The translations under genes and the position numbers were made by a program. This document shows, piece after piece, positions 18,192 through 26,844 of a stretch of 64,000 nucleotides of DNA. Numbering within the stretch: position 1 is the first letter of the stretch; every line of letters starts with the position of its first letter. This DNA is from Actinomycetota bacterium (GTDB taxonomy: Bacteria > Actinomycetota > UBA4738 > HRBIN12). Location: NCBI GenBank assembly GCA_036281075.1, contig DASUPO010000098.1:5082-69081 (forward strand), in the 5' to 3' direction. Below the pieces are notes generated by a model. It worked only from the letters and a program-made list of their open reading frames with translations, was not told the DNA's origin and made no database searches.

Positions 18192-19367
18192 TCAGGTCGA
18201 CGGAGCCTCGATCCCCGGACGCCACCGGTCCCGCGGAAGGATCGCGTCGGCGATCACACGCTCCTTGTAGCGCTCGATCACACCGAACATCGACTCCACC
18301 AGCGTCTCCGACAGGAAGTGCGGCTGGAGGCCCAGGTCCAGGAGCTTCGTGTGCGTGGCGTTGTAGTAGTGGTCCTCGAGCTCGAGCCGCGGGTTCTCGA
18401 TCGGCTCGATCCGGACGTCGAGCCCATGCTCCTTGCCGGCCCGCTGCACGATCTCGGCGAGCTCCATCACGGAGAACTGCTCGGTGAACTGGTTGAACAC
18501 GCGGAACTCGCCGCGGTCGGCGGGGTTGAGGACCGCGAGCTCGACGCACTGGAGCGTGTCCAGGATGTTCAGGTAGCCGCGCGTCTGCCCGCCCTTGCCG
18601 TAGACCGTGAGCGGGTGGCCGATGATCGCCTGGACGCAGAAGCGGTTCAGCGCCGTGCCGAACACGTCGTCGTAGTCGAAGCGCGTGGCCAGGCGCTCGT
18701 CCAGCTTCGTCTCGTCGGTCTCGATCCCGTAGACGACGCCCTGGTTCAGGTCGGTGGCGCGCGTGCCCCACATCCGGCAGGCGAAGTGGATGTTGTTGGA
18801 GTCGTGGACCTTGGACAGGTGGTACAGGCTGCCGGGCAGCTTCGGGTACAGGATCGTCTCCGTGCGGCCGTTGTGCTCGATCTCGAGGTACCCCTCCTCG
18901 ATGTCGATGTTCGGCGTGCCGTACTCGCCCATCGTCCCGAGCTTCACCAGGTGGGCGTCGGGGGTGAACTCCCGCATCGCCCACAGCACGTTCAGGGTGT
19001 TGATCACGTTGTTGTGCTGGGTGAGCACCGCGTGGTCACGGTCCCGCATCGAGTAGGGAGCGGAAGGCACCTCCCCGTAGTGCACGATCGCCTGGGGGCG
19101 GAAGTCCCGGAACAGGCCGACGGTGACGTCCCATTCGACCAGGTCGCCCTCGGTCACGCTGATCTCCTTGCCGGAGACCTCCTTCCACGCGGCGGCCCGC
19201 TCCGGCAGCGACCCGAGGATCGGGACGAGGGTGTCGGTGCCGACCTCCTCGTGCGCGCGGCGACGCAGGTAGTTGTCGACGACGTGCACCTCGTGTCCGC
19301 GCTGCGAGAACCGCATCGCGGTGGGCCAGCCGAGGTACCCGTCGCCGCCGAGGATCAGGATGCGCAT
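18192..19367 (-). CDS. sqdB: UDP-sulfoquinovose synthase
   Basis: Near-collinear identity to SQD1/SqdB throughout the protein. Examples are MRILILGGDGYLGWP, QHNNVINTLNVL, VKLGTMGEYGTPNIDIEEGY, YHLSKVHDS, RATDLNQGVVYG and TALNRFCVQA..GHPLTVYGKGGQTRGYL. Confidence 0.9.
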   Translation of the reverse strand: MRILILGGDGYLGWPTAMRFSQRGHEVHVVDNYLRRRAHEEVGTDTLVPILGSLPERAAAWKEVSGKEISVTEGDLVEWDVTVGLFRDFRPQAIVHYGEVPSAPYSMRDRDHAVLTQHNNVINTLNVLWAMREFTPDAHLVKLGTMGEYGTPNIDIEEGYLEIEHNGRTETILYPKLPGSLYHLSKVHDSNNIHFACRMWGTRATDLNQGVVYGIETDETKLDERLATRFDYDDVFGTALNRFCVQAIIGHPLTVYGKGGQTRGYLNILDTLQCVELAVLNPADRGEFRVFNQFTEQFSVMELAEIVQRAGKEHGLDVRIEPIENPRLELEDHYYNATHTKLLDLGLQPHFLSETLVESMFGVIERYKERVIADAILPRDRWRPGIEAPST

Positions 19368-19408
19368 GGCGGCATGTCCCTTTCGGATGTTCGATGGGTC
19401 CGCTCATC

Positions 19409-21235
19409 CTACCCGGAGCGCCTGAGCCTGGAGATGAGCCAGCCCGCTCCGCCGGTCATGGCGATGAGGGCCATGCCGACGGCTCCGCCCAGCGGGACGC
19501 CCGATCGTCCCACGGCGACACCGGCGATCGTCAGCGCCGCGATCCCGAAGGCGGGCGCCAGGAGGACCACGCTCGCTGCGGGGAGGTCGAGGAGCAGACG
19601 CGCCCACCCCCCGCCGACGAAAGCGAGGATCAGGAGCGACGCGACCGCCGCGAGGAGCAACCGGGACCAACCCAACCGGAGTGGCTCCGGCTCGGTCACG
19701 GCTGGAAGCGGTCCACGGATCACGGACACTCCGGGTGCGAGGACGGCCGACCCCGGCGGAGCGCGGTCCGTCGGGCCGAGATCGATCACGAGGGGGTCCC
19801 GGTCGAGGACGTCGCTCGGCCGTGGCCAGCTCCGGCTCCACCACGCCTGCGAACTGCTGGAGAGCGCCGCGCGTTCGGAGTCGGAGACCGGCCCACCCGT
19901 CGCCAGGTCCTCCGGGGTCCCCTGGTACACCCACGTGTCAGGGATCCTCTCCGTCGGGACCCATGCCCGGACGATCCTGTCGATCAGCCTCGGGTCCTCG
20001 CGCGTGGTGAAGACGATCGGGCGCTCGCCCGCGACCTGCGCCAGGTAGCGACCCGCGACCCTCGCGCGCTCCATCCGCTGAGTGGTGTACGCGCCGTACG
20101 CCGGGTCGAAGGTCGCGGCCGGCGTCCCGACGGCGAGCAGGAGCCCGCCGAGGAGGACGGCCGCGGCCACCGCGCGCCCCGGCGCGCCCAGCCGTTCCGA
20201 CGCCAGGCTCGCCACCGTGACGATCGCGAGGACGGCCAGCACCGGCACGCCGAGCGCGAAGGGTGCGACCCGGAAGAGTTTCAGAGAGGTCGGGAGGAGC
20301 GCCGAGACGAGCATCGCAACGGGCACCGCGGCGGCCCACACGGTCATCAGCAGGATCGCGTCCCGCCGTGTGGGTCGGGCACCGCGGAGACCGAGCAGCA
20401 CGCCGATCGCGGCCAACGGGATGAGGAGGCCGAGCTCGTACGTCGCCAGTCGGGTCAGGTTCCCCTTCTCACCCACGACCTCCGGGACACGGTGGGGGAG
20501 CTCCGGCAGCAGCGCGACCGAGACGATCGCGGTCGCGCCACCGATCGCGACGAGGCGGAAGACGCGGAACGCCGCATCCCTCCGATGATCGGGATCGCTC
20601 ACTGGCTCCGGGCGATCGCGCCAAAGCGCCAGGACGGCCGCGAAGGCCAGCAGGACGCCGAGGAACAATGCGGTGAAGATCCAATGCGTGAGCGCCGCCG
20701 CGGCGAGCAACAACGCGGTCGCCACGATCCCCGGTCGCCGGCGGGCGACGAGCGGCGCGATCGTCGCCACGCCGAGGAACAGGACCTCCGCCACGAGCTG
20801 TTCAAGGCTCCCGATCGCCGCGCCCACGACGGCAGCGGAGGCCCCGACCCCCACGAGGAACCACGGCCAGGACCACGACGGTTCGCCCAGGCTCTCCTTC
20901 GCGAACGCCGCCGCCGCAGCTCCGATCGCGATCGCGGACACGGCGCGCATCGCGATGACGAGCGTCAGCGCGTCGAGCCGGCCCGCGGCGCCGAGGATCG
21001 CCGCGAGCGCAGGGAACCCGGCGCGATCGGGATTCGGGAAGACGCCGTCGGGGATCCCCGCGAGCGAGTCGAGCCCCTCGGCGGCGACGAGCTGAGCGCG
21101 CCAGACGTAGTACGGCATGTCGAAGGAGGTCGCCGGATCCGTTTCTCCGCCGAAGGGCAGGAGGAGCACCAGCACGACACCGGCGACCGCGACGACGATG
21201 AATAGGATCGTGCGCGGCGCGGAGATCGAGGTCAA
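19409..21235 (-). CDS. large polytopic membrane protein, paralog 2 of 4
   Basis: TTG start. Same architecture as the other paralogs, with the loop motif DMPYYVWRAQLV after TM1. Confidence 0.7.
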   Translation of the reverse strand: MTSISAPRTILFIVVAVAGVVLVLLLPFGGETDPATSFDMPYYVWRAQLVAAEGLDSLAGIPDGVFPNPDRAGFPALAAILGAAGRLDALTLVIAMRAVSAIAIGAAAAAFAKESLGEPSWSWPWFLVGVGASAAVVGAAIGSLEQLVAEVLFLGVATIAPLVARRRPGIVATALLLAAAALTHWIFTALFLGVLLAFAAVLALWRDRPEPVSDPDHRRDAAFRVFRLVAIGGATAIVSVALLPELPHRVPEVVGEKGNLTRLATYELGLLIPLAAIGVLLGLRGARPTRRDAILLMTVWAAAVPVAMLVSALLPTSLKLFRVAPFALGVPVLAVLAIVTVASLASERLGAPGRAVAAAVLLGGLLLAVGTPAATFDPAYGAYTTQRMERARVAGRYLAQVAGERPIVFTTREDPRLIDRIVRAWVPTERIPDTWVYQGTPEDLATGGPVSDSERAALSSSSQAWWSRSWPRPSDVLDRDPLVIDLGPTDRAPPGSAVLAPGVSVIRGPLPAVTEPEPLRLGWSRLLLAAVASLLILAFVGGGWARLLLDLPAASVVLLAPAFGIAALTIAGVAVGRSGVPLGGAVGMALIAMTGGAGWLISRLRRSG

Positions 21236-21353
21236 CGCAGTGGCCTCCGTCTCTCCGCGGGCGACGTCGGCGTCACGTCACCTTCGTACCAATGACCCTG
21301 GAACGAGTCAACGCTCGACCGCTCGCTTCGGCGCGGTGAACTAAGGTCGCGAG

Positions 21354-23291
21354 ATGCGCCAGGCCCAGGCGGAGCCGTTCGCGCCGGTTCGGTCCCACCG
21401 GAAGGAACGGGTTCGGCAAGCTCTACCCGGAGCGGTATCGCTTGCGGTGTGCGTCGTCCTCGTCTCCTGGCTGTATGTCGCCTCCTTCCCGACGCGGGAC
21501 GTGCGGAACATGGGATCCGACGCAACTGCCTACGTGGTCCAGATCCGCGCGGCGCGGGTCGGGGTCCTCGATCTTCGATCGACCCGTCCGGGGGTCGGCG
21601 TGCTCGGTGCGATCTTCGACGGCGCGTCGATCGCGCCCTCGAGCTCCGCCCCGATCCTTCATTCCGTCGCGATCGCGGTGTGTCTCGGGCTCCTGGCTGG
21701 TGTGGCCGTTCGATCGATCTACGAGCTGCCCGGATGGGCCGTGAGCGTCGTCGCCACGCTCGTCGCCACGTGGGGGGGCGTCTCGCGCCTAGCCTCAGGA
21801 TATCTGGGGAACCTGATGAGCCTGACGCTGTTCATCCTGTTCCTCCTGGTCGCGGTCGAGGACGGTGGCTGGCGGCGTCGAGCGTGGGCGCTCGTGATGG
21901 CGGCCGCTTCCGCGCTGCTCGCGCATCCGGGTCTGCTCCCCGTGTACCTCGCGATCGTGGTCGGGTGGGTCGCGTTGCACGCCCTCCGCCCGATCGCCGG
22001 CGATCGAGGCCTCGACGTGCGATCCGAGGCGGTGTCCGCGGTCGGGGCACTCGTGGCGGCGGCGGCGCTGGTGTGGGCTGTCCTCTTCGCTGTGCTGGGC
22101 TTAGATCGTGACCAGATCGCGAACTTCACGGCAACCAGGGATCGATTCAGCGGTCGCGTGACGTCGATCCTGGCGTGGCTGAACCCGACGGTGACAACGG
22201 CTTTGCTCCTGGCCGGCGGGATCGCGGCGAGCGTCTCGTCGACGACTCGACGTGCGTCGGTGACCGCCCGGCTCGGGATCGCGTGGATCGTCGTGGCGAG
22301 CTCCGGCGCGCTCCTGTCGTTCGTGTGGCCCATCGTCCCAGGCCATCGCTTCCTGATCCTCGGGATCCCGACACCGATGCTCGGAGGGCTCGCGATCTGC
22401 TCGGGCGTCCGCGCCGTCGCGAACAGGTACCCGGAGGGACCGCGGATCCGATCGCTGGCCACGGTGACCGGCACGATCGTCACGGCGATGATCACGGTCA
22501 CGCTCGCATCGGTCACCCTGCGGCCGTTCGACCGGAACGTCGATTCCCGGGGTGTTCGGACGCGGACCCCGGTCGGTGTGGTCGCCGGATATCTCCGATC
22601 CCTCGACGGTTCGAGACCGGTGGTGGTGATCACGGACCCGGCCGGTCCCAAGGGGGTGGGGTTCCACAAGCAGAGAGAGAACGGGATCCGAGCCCGCGCC
22701 CCGGACGCCCTCCTCCTCCGCACCGTGCTCTACCTCGGGGACGAACGGAACCTCTTGCGAGGGGCTCGCACCCATCGCAGCGGGCCGGGGGCAGACGCGT
22801 TCAATGAGGTCTCGGCCGCGACGTGGCCGGCGGTGCGGGCCCAGCTCGACGCCGAACCCATCGTCCTGGCCGTTCGGCAGTGGGTCCGTGGAGCGACCTG
22901 GCGGCGGATGTCGCACCTGTCGACATCCGCGGTTCCGGACCTCGCGATCCTTCGGGGTCCGCCACCGCCCGGTGACCATGCGATCGCCTCCGCACCGATG
23001 CTCGAGGTGGGGTCGGCCCTCCTCCGGATCCTGTCGGTCGTGTTCGTCCTCGGTCTCCTCGGCGGGGGTTGGGTCACCGCGCTGTCCGCCCGCGCGCGTC
23101 CCCTCGTCGATCTGATCGGCCTCGCCCCGGCCGTCGGGATCGCGGTGGTGGTGCCGGTCGGCCTCGCGACGGCGCTCTTCGGGGGAGATCCCGGAGGCCC
23201 GGTTGGGCTCGCGCTGGTCGGCCTGGCCGCCGCGATCGGTTGGATCGGTGCGGGTCGGCGTCGGGTGTTGGATCCTGGTCGACGCGCCTAG
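21354..23291 (+). CDS. large polytopic membrane protein, paralog 3 of 4
   Basis: ATG start, divergent from paralog 2 across 118 bp. The loop motif is DATAYVVQIRAARVG and the C-terminal motif is GGDPGGPVGLALVGLAAAIGW. Confidence 0.7.
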   Translation: MRQAQAEPFAPVRSHRKERVRQALPGAVSLAVCVVLVSWLYVASFPTRDVRNMGSDATAYVVQIRAARVGVLDLRSTRPGVGVLGAIFDGASIAPSSSAPILHSVAIAVCLGLLAGVAVRSIYELPGWAVSVVATLVATWGGVSRLASGYLGNLMSLTLFILFLLVAVEDGGWRRRAWALVMAAASALLAHPGLLPVYLAIVVGWVALHALRPIAGDRGLDVRSEAVSAVGALVAAAALVWAVLFAVLGLDRDQIANFTATRDRFSGRVTSILAWLNPTVTTALLLAGGIAASVSSTTRRASVTARLGIAWIVVASSGALLSFVWPIVPGHRFLILGIPTPMLGGLAICSGVRAVANRYPEGPRIRSLATVTGTIVTAMITVTLASVTLRPFDRNVDSRGVRTRTPVGVVAGYLRSLDGSRPVVVITDPAGPKGVGFHKQRENGIRARAPDALLLRTVLYLGDERNLLRGARTHRSGPGADAFNEVSAATWPAVRAQLDAEPIVLAVRQWVRGATWRRMSHLSTSAVPDLAILRGPPPPGDHAIASAPMLEVGSALLRILSVVFVLGLLGGGWVTALSARARPLVDLIGLAPAVGIAVVVPVGLATALFGGDPGGPVGLALVGLAAAIGWIGAGRRRVLDPGRRA

Positions 23292-24514
23292 GAACCCTCG
23301 ATCGCATCCACCACTCGGTCGACCTCGGCGAGCGAGTGGTAGTGGCAGAACCCCACGCGCACGGCGCCTCCCGAGTCGAACAGGCCGAGCCGGACCATGA
23401 TCTCGCGTGCGTAATAGTCGCCGTCCCACACGAAGATGCCGCGCTCGGCGAGCCGCTTGGCGGTCTCCGCCGGCGGGTCATCCCCCACGCGGATCGCAAA
23501 CGTTGGAGTCCGGTCTGTGACACGGCCCGGATCGGCGATGCCCCACATCCGCACGTCGGCCAGCTCCGCGATCCCTTCCAGGAACCGATCCGCCAATCGG
23601 CGTTCGTGCGCCGCGATCGCCTCGTACCCGGCAACGAGTCGCTCTCGACGGGTGCCAGCCTCACCGCCGAGCGAGGCGAGGTAGTCCACGGCGGCCGTGA
23701 GACCCGCGAGCCCTTCGTGGTTCTGCGTTCCCGTCTCCCATCGCTCGGGGGCGTCGTCGGGCGCGGGCACGAGCTTGTAGGGCCCCCACGTCTCCAGGAG
23801 CTCCCTGCGGACCGCGAGCATCCCGAGGTGCGGGCCGAAGGTCTTGTACGAAGAGCAGGCGACGACGTCGGCCCCAACACCGTGGAGGTCGAGCAGCCGA
23901 TGCTGCGCGAAGTGAACCCCGTCGACGGCCACGATCGCGCCGACGGACCTGGCACGGCGGACCAAGTCGGCCGCCGACGGGATCGTGCCGACCGCGTTCG
24001 AGGCGAGGGTGAACGCGACGAGCTTCGTTCGCTCGGACAGCGCCTCGTCGAACGACGCCATGTCCAGCGTGACGTCCCGGTCGTCGACGTCGACCCAGCG
24101 GACGGTCGCGCCCGCGTCCGCGGCCGCGAGCGCCCACGGACGGACGTTCGCGTCGTGATCCAGCCGCGTGAGGACGATCTCGTCCCCCGGTCGGAGCGTC
24201 GTGCCGAACGATCGGGAGAGGTGGAGCAGCAACGTCGTGGCGTTCGGACCGAAGACGATCTCACCCGGGTCGGCGCCCATCATGTCTGCGGCGGCTCGGC
24301 GGGCCTCGGCGATCGTCGCGTCGGTCTCCTCGCTCGTCGGGAAGGCACCGTGCGTATTGCTCATCCCTCGGCCGTAGTGGCCTGCGACCGCCTCGATCAC
24401 GCTGTCCGGCACCTGCGACCCGCCCGGCGCGTCGGCGAACACGAACGGCCGGCCCTCCGGGTCCGTTCGGGCGAGCGCCGGGAACCGAACGCGGATCGCC
24501 TCGAGGTCGAGCAT
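23288..24514 (-). CDS. class-V aminotransferase / cysteine-desulfurase-family PLP enzyme
   Basis: AAT-V fold with the PLP-lysine region SSYKTFGPHLG. The preferred start is the ATG at 24514 (MLDLEAIRVRF). The ORF frame extends to 24598. Confidence 0.75.
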   Translation of the reverse strand: MLDLEAIRVRFPALARTDPEGRPFVFADAPGGSQVPDSVIEAVAGHYGRGMSNTHGAFPTSEETDATIAEARRAAADMMGADPGEIVFGPNATTLLLHLSRSFGTTLRPGDEIVLTRLDHDANVRPWALAAADAGATVRWVDVDDRDVTLDMASFDEALSERTKLVAFTLASNAVGTIPSAADLVRRARSVGAIVAVDGVHFAQHRLLDLHGVGADVVACSSYKTFGPHLGMLAVRRELLETWGPYKLVPAPDDAPERWETGTQNHEGLAGLTAAVDYLASLGGEAGTRRERLVAGYEAIAAHERRLADRFLEGIAELADVRMWGIADPGRVTDRTPTFAIRVGDDPPAETAKRLAERGIFVWDGDYYAREIMVRLGLFDSGGAVRVGFCHYHSLAEVDRVVDAIEGS

Positions 24515-24555
24515 CGCGGACAGTCTCGCAGACGTTCTGACGCCGCGAGACGGGA

Positions 24556-25239
24556 TCAGACCCGGTCCCAGCCGTCGGGCAGCGTCGGCGTCGGCCACGC
24601 CGGGTCGGGGCGCCAGTCGGACCAGTCGCGATCGAAGGGCGGCGCACCGTCAAGGACGCGTCGGAGGCCGCGTTCGCCGGCGGAACGGAAGGCCGCGGCG
24701 TCCTCGGCGGTGTAGATCCCTCGCGCGACCGCTACGTCGAGCTCGTCCTCGTCCTTCCACGACCACTCCGAGCGATCGGCGGGGATCACGACGTCGAGCA
24801 GATGGTCCACGTAGTCGAAGCCGATCGGCGTCCGGCCGAGGTTCGTCTCGACGTTCACGTAGTACCCCAAGAACGAGTCGTCGGGTTCGTTCCAGAACAG
24901 CAACACGGCGTACCGCTCGCCCGCGAACGAGAACGCGAGGACCCGCCATCTCGCCCACGGCGTCCGAGCGAGCGACCAGCGCTCGGCCGGAAGCCGAAGC
25001 GGCGAGCCGTCGTCGCCGGTCGCGCGGACCGTGGTGACGCCGGCCGGAACCAGGTTCACGAAGACGTCGCGCTCGTCCTCGACGACGATCGCCGGGAACG
25101 CGCCCCAGATCCGCCCGTCCCAGATCTCGCGGAGCACGATCGGGTCGCCGGGGGAGAAGCGCTGCACCCCACGGACGATATCGGCTCTTGACGAGCGTCC
25201 GAGCTCACAGGTATCGTCAGCGATCCAGCTCGAACACAT
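24556..25239 (-). CDS. DUF402-like protein (FomD/YgaC-like fold?)
   Basis: The C-terminal 200 aa read as a real protein (VNLVPAG..., LFWNEPDDSFLGYYVNV, DYVDHLLDVVIP). The upstream part of the ORF (24556..25488) looks non-coding. The ATG at 25239 lies inside a LexA-box palindrome, so the true start is uncertain. Confidence 0.45.
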   Translation of the reverse strand: MCSSWIADDTCELGRSSRADIVRGVQRFSPGDPIVLREIWDGRIWGAFPAIVVEDERDVFVNLVPAGVTTVRATGDDGSPLRLPAERWSLARTPWARWRVLAFSFAGERYAVLLFWNEPDDSFLGYYVNVETNLGRTPIGFDYVDHLLDVVIPADRSEWSWKDEDELDVAVARGIYTAEDAAAFRSAGERGLRRVLDGAPPFDRDWSDWRPDPAWPTPTLPDGWDRV

Positions 25240-25246
25240 GTTCGAC
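25230..25246. promoter_or_regulatory. LexA/SOS (Cheo) box TCGAACACATGTTCGAC
   Basis: A perfect GAAC-N4-GTTC palindrome matching the actinobacterial LexA consensus TCGAAC-N4-GTTCGA. It lies 18 nt upstream of the GTG of the following small gene. Confidence 0.6.
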
Positions 25247-25263
25247 CGGTCGATGGAGGACGT

Positions 25264-25509
25264 GTGACCAAGCGGTTCGACGAGGAGATCTCGGTCGATC
25301 GGGACGCCGGGATGCCCTCGCGGTTCGAGTGGCGCGGCCGGCCCTACCGGGTGATCGACGTGATCGGTCGGTGGCGGATCGAGGGACGTTGGTGGGAGGA
25401 CGGCCGTGACCGCGAGTACTGGCGCGTGGAGGTGGGCGGCGGCGCCGTCTGGGACCTGTACCACGACCGCCAGCGCGACCGGTGGCACGTCGAGCGGCTG
25501 TGGGACTGA
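25264..25509 (+). CDS. small Trp/Arg-rich conserved hypothetical protein (81 aa)
   Basis: FEWRGRPYRVIDVIGRWRIEGRWWE...EYWRVEVGGGAVWDLYHD...RWHVERLWD contains an internal W/R repeat pattern. A GGAGGA RBS precedes it and a LexA box sits directly upstream. Confidence 0.55.
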   Translation: MTKRFDEEISVDRDAGMPSRFEWRGRPYRVIDVIGRWRIEGRWWEDGRDREYWRVEVGGGAVWDLYHDRQRDRWHVERLWD

Positions 25510-25512
25510 AGA

Positions 25513-26742
25513 TCAGGCGCGCTCGGCCAGCGCGCCCACGATCCGCTCCAGGGCCCATTCGAGATCGCCGCGGGAGACCACGAGGGGCGGCGCCAGCCGG
25601 ACCGTGGTCTCCTGCGTGTCCTTGGCCAGCACGCCCAGCTCCAACAGGCGTTCGCACACCGCGCGCGCGGGCGCGGCCTCCGGCGTGAGCTCGATCCCGA
25701 ACCACAGGCCGCGCCCGCGCACCTCGGTCACCGACGTCGGTGCCTCCTCGCGGAGGCGTTCGAGGAACCAGGCACCGAGTTCCCTCGAGCGTCGCTGATA
25801 CTCACCCGTCCCGAGGAGCCGGAGGACCTCCAGGCCGACCGCGCATGCGAGTGGATTGCCGCCGAACGTGCTCCCGTGCTCGCCTGGTCCGAAGACGCCG
25901 AGCACGTCCGTCCGAGCCACGACGGCGGAGACGGGCAGGATCCCTCCGCCGAGCGCCTTGCCAAGGATGTAGACGTCCGGCGTCACGTCCTCGTGGTCGG
26001 CGGCGAACGTCGTCCCGGTCCGACCCAGTCCGGACTGGATCTCGTCGGCGATCAGCAGCACGTTGCGCTCGGTGCAGAGCCGACGAGCCTCGCGCAGGTA
26101 TCCGTCGGGAGGGATCCGGACCCCCGCTTCTCCTTGGATCGGTTCGACGAGGAAGCCCACGACGTCGGGATCCTCGAGCGCCGATGCGAGCGCGTCCGGA
26201 TCGCCGTACGGCACCGACACGAAGCCGGGCGTGAACGGCCCGAACCCGCCGGTGGCGGACGGGTCGCTGGAGAAGCCGACGATCGTGATCGTTCGACCGT
26301 GGAAGTTGCCGTCGCAGACCACGATCTTCGCCCGACCGTCCGGCACGCCCTTCACGTCATAGCCCCATCGGCGTGCCGTCTTCAGGGCCGTCTCGACGCC
26401 TTCGGCGCCCGAGTTCATCGCGAGCACCATGTCCGCGCCGCAGAGCGCCGCCAGCTGCTCGCAGAACGGACCGAACAGGTCGTGGTGGAACGCTCGAGAG
26501 GTGAGCGTCACGCGATCGAGCTGCGCCTTCGCCGCGCGGATCAGATCGGGGTGCCGGTGTCCGAAGTTCAGCGCCGAGTAGGCGGCGAGCATGTCGAGAT
26601 AGCGCTCGCCGTCGACGTCGGTGACCCAGGCGCCCTCGGCGTCGGCCACGACGACGGGGAGCGGGTGGTAGTTGTGCGGGCTGTGCCGATCGACGAGTTG
26701 GATCAGCTCGTCGGAGCCCAGCCGTGGTTGGGTCCTCATCAT
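25513..26742 (-). CDS. rocD: ornithine aminotransferase (class-III PLP aminotransferase)
   Basis: Full-length similarity to OAT, including the PLP-lysine region DVYILGKALGGG. Confidence 0.85.
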   Translation of the reverse strand: MMRTQPRLGSDELIQLVDRHSPHNYHPLPVVVADAEGAWVTDVDGERYLDMLAAYSALNFGHRHPDLIRAAKAQLDRVTLTSRAFHHDLFGPFCEQLAALCGADMVLAMNSGAEGVETALKTARRWGYDVKGVPDGRAKIVVCDGNFHGRTITIVGFSSDPSATGGFGPFTPGFVSVPYGDPDALASALEDPDVVGFLVEPIQGEAGVRIPPDGYLREARRLCTERNVLLIADEIQSGLGRTGTTFAADHEDVTPDVYILGKALGGGILPVSAVVARTDVLGVFGPGEHGSTFGGNPLACAVGLEVLRLLGTGEYQRRSRELGAWFLERLREEAPTSVTEVRGRGLWFGIELTPEAAPARAVCERLLELGVLAKDTQETTVRLAPPLVVSRGDLEWALERIVGALAERA

Positions 26743-26844
26743 CGTCCTCCAGGGGAAGCGCGACCGCGCGAGCTCCCATGATAGGTGGGCGAACCGGCGC
26801 CGAGTTCACGCGGAGAGCTCGGACGGTCCGTTAGGCTCTCCACG

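Noticed and set aside
14779-18487. Long ORFs 14779..17085(-), 16709..18487(+) and 15010..15693(+) overlapping the membrane paralog 1 and GT2 genes
   Set aside because: Alternative-frame or antisense artefacts (Arg-rich). The chosen frames give hydrophobic TM proteins and GT2 motifs.
18084-21205. ORFs 18084..20048(+), 18094..18984(-) and 19394..21205(+) across sqdB and paralog 2
   Set aside because: Antisense or off-frame of a near-identical SqdB match and of a coherent TM protein. Compositionally spurious.
24556-25488. N-terminal 83 codons of the 310-aa ORF 24556..25488(-)
   Set aside because: Pro/Ala/Val-rich with no structure. A LexA box and an opposite-strand small gene occupy this DNA. 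Only the C-terminal ~227 aa look protein-like.
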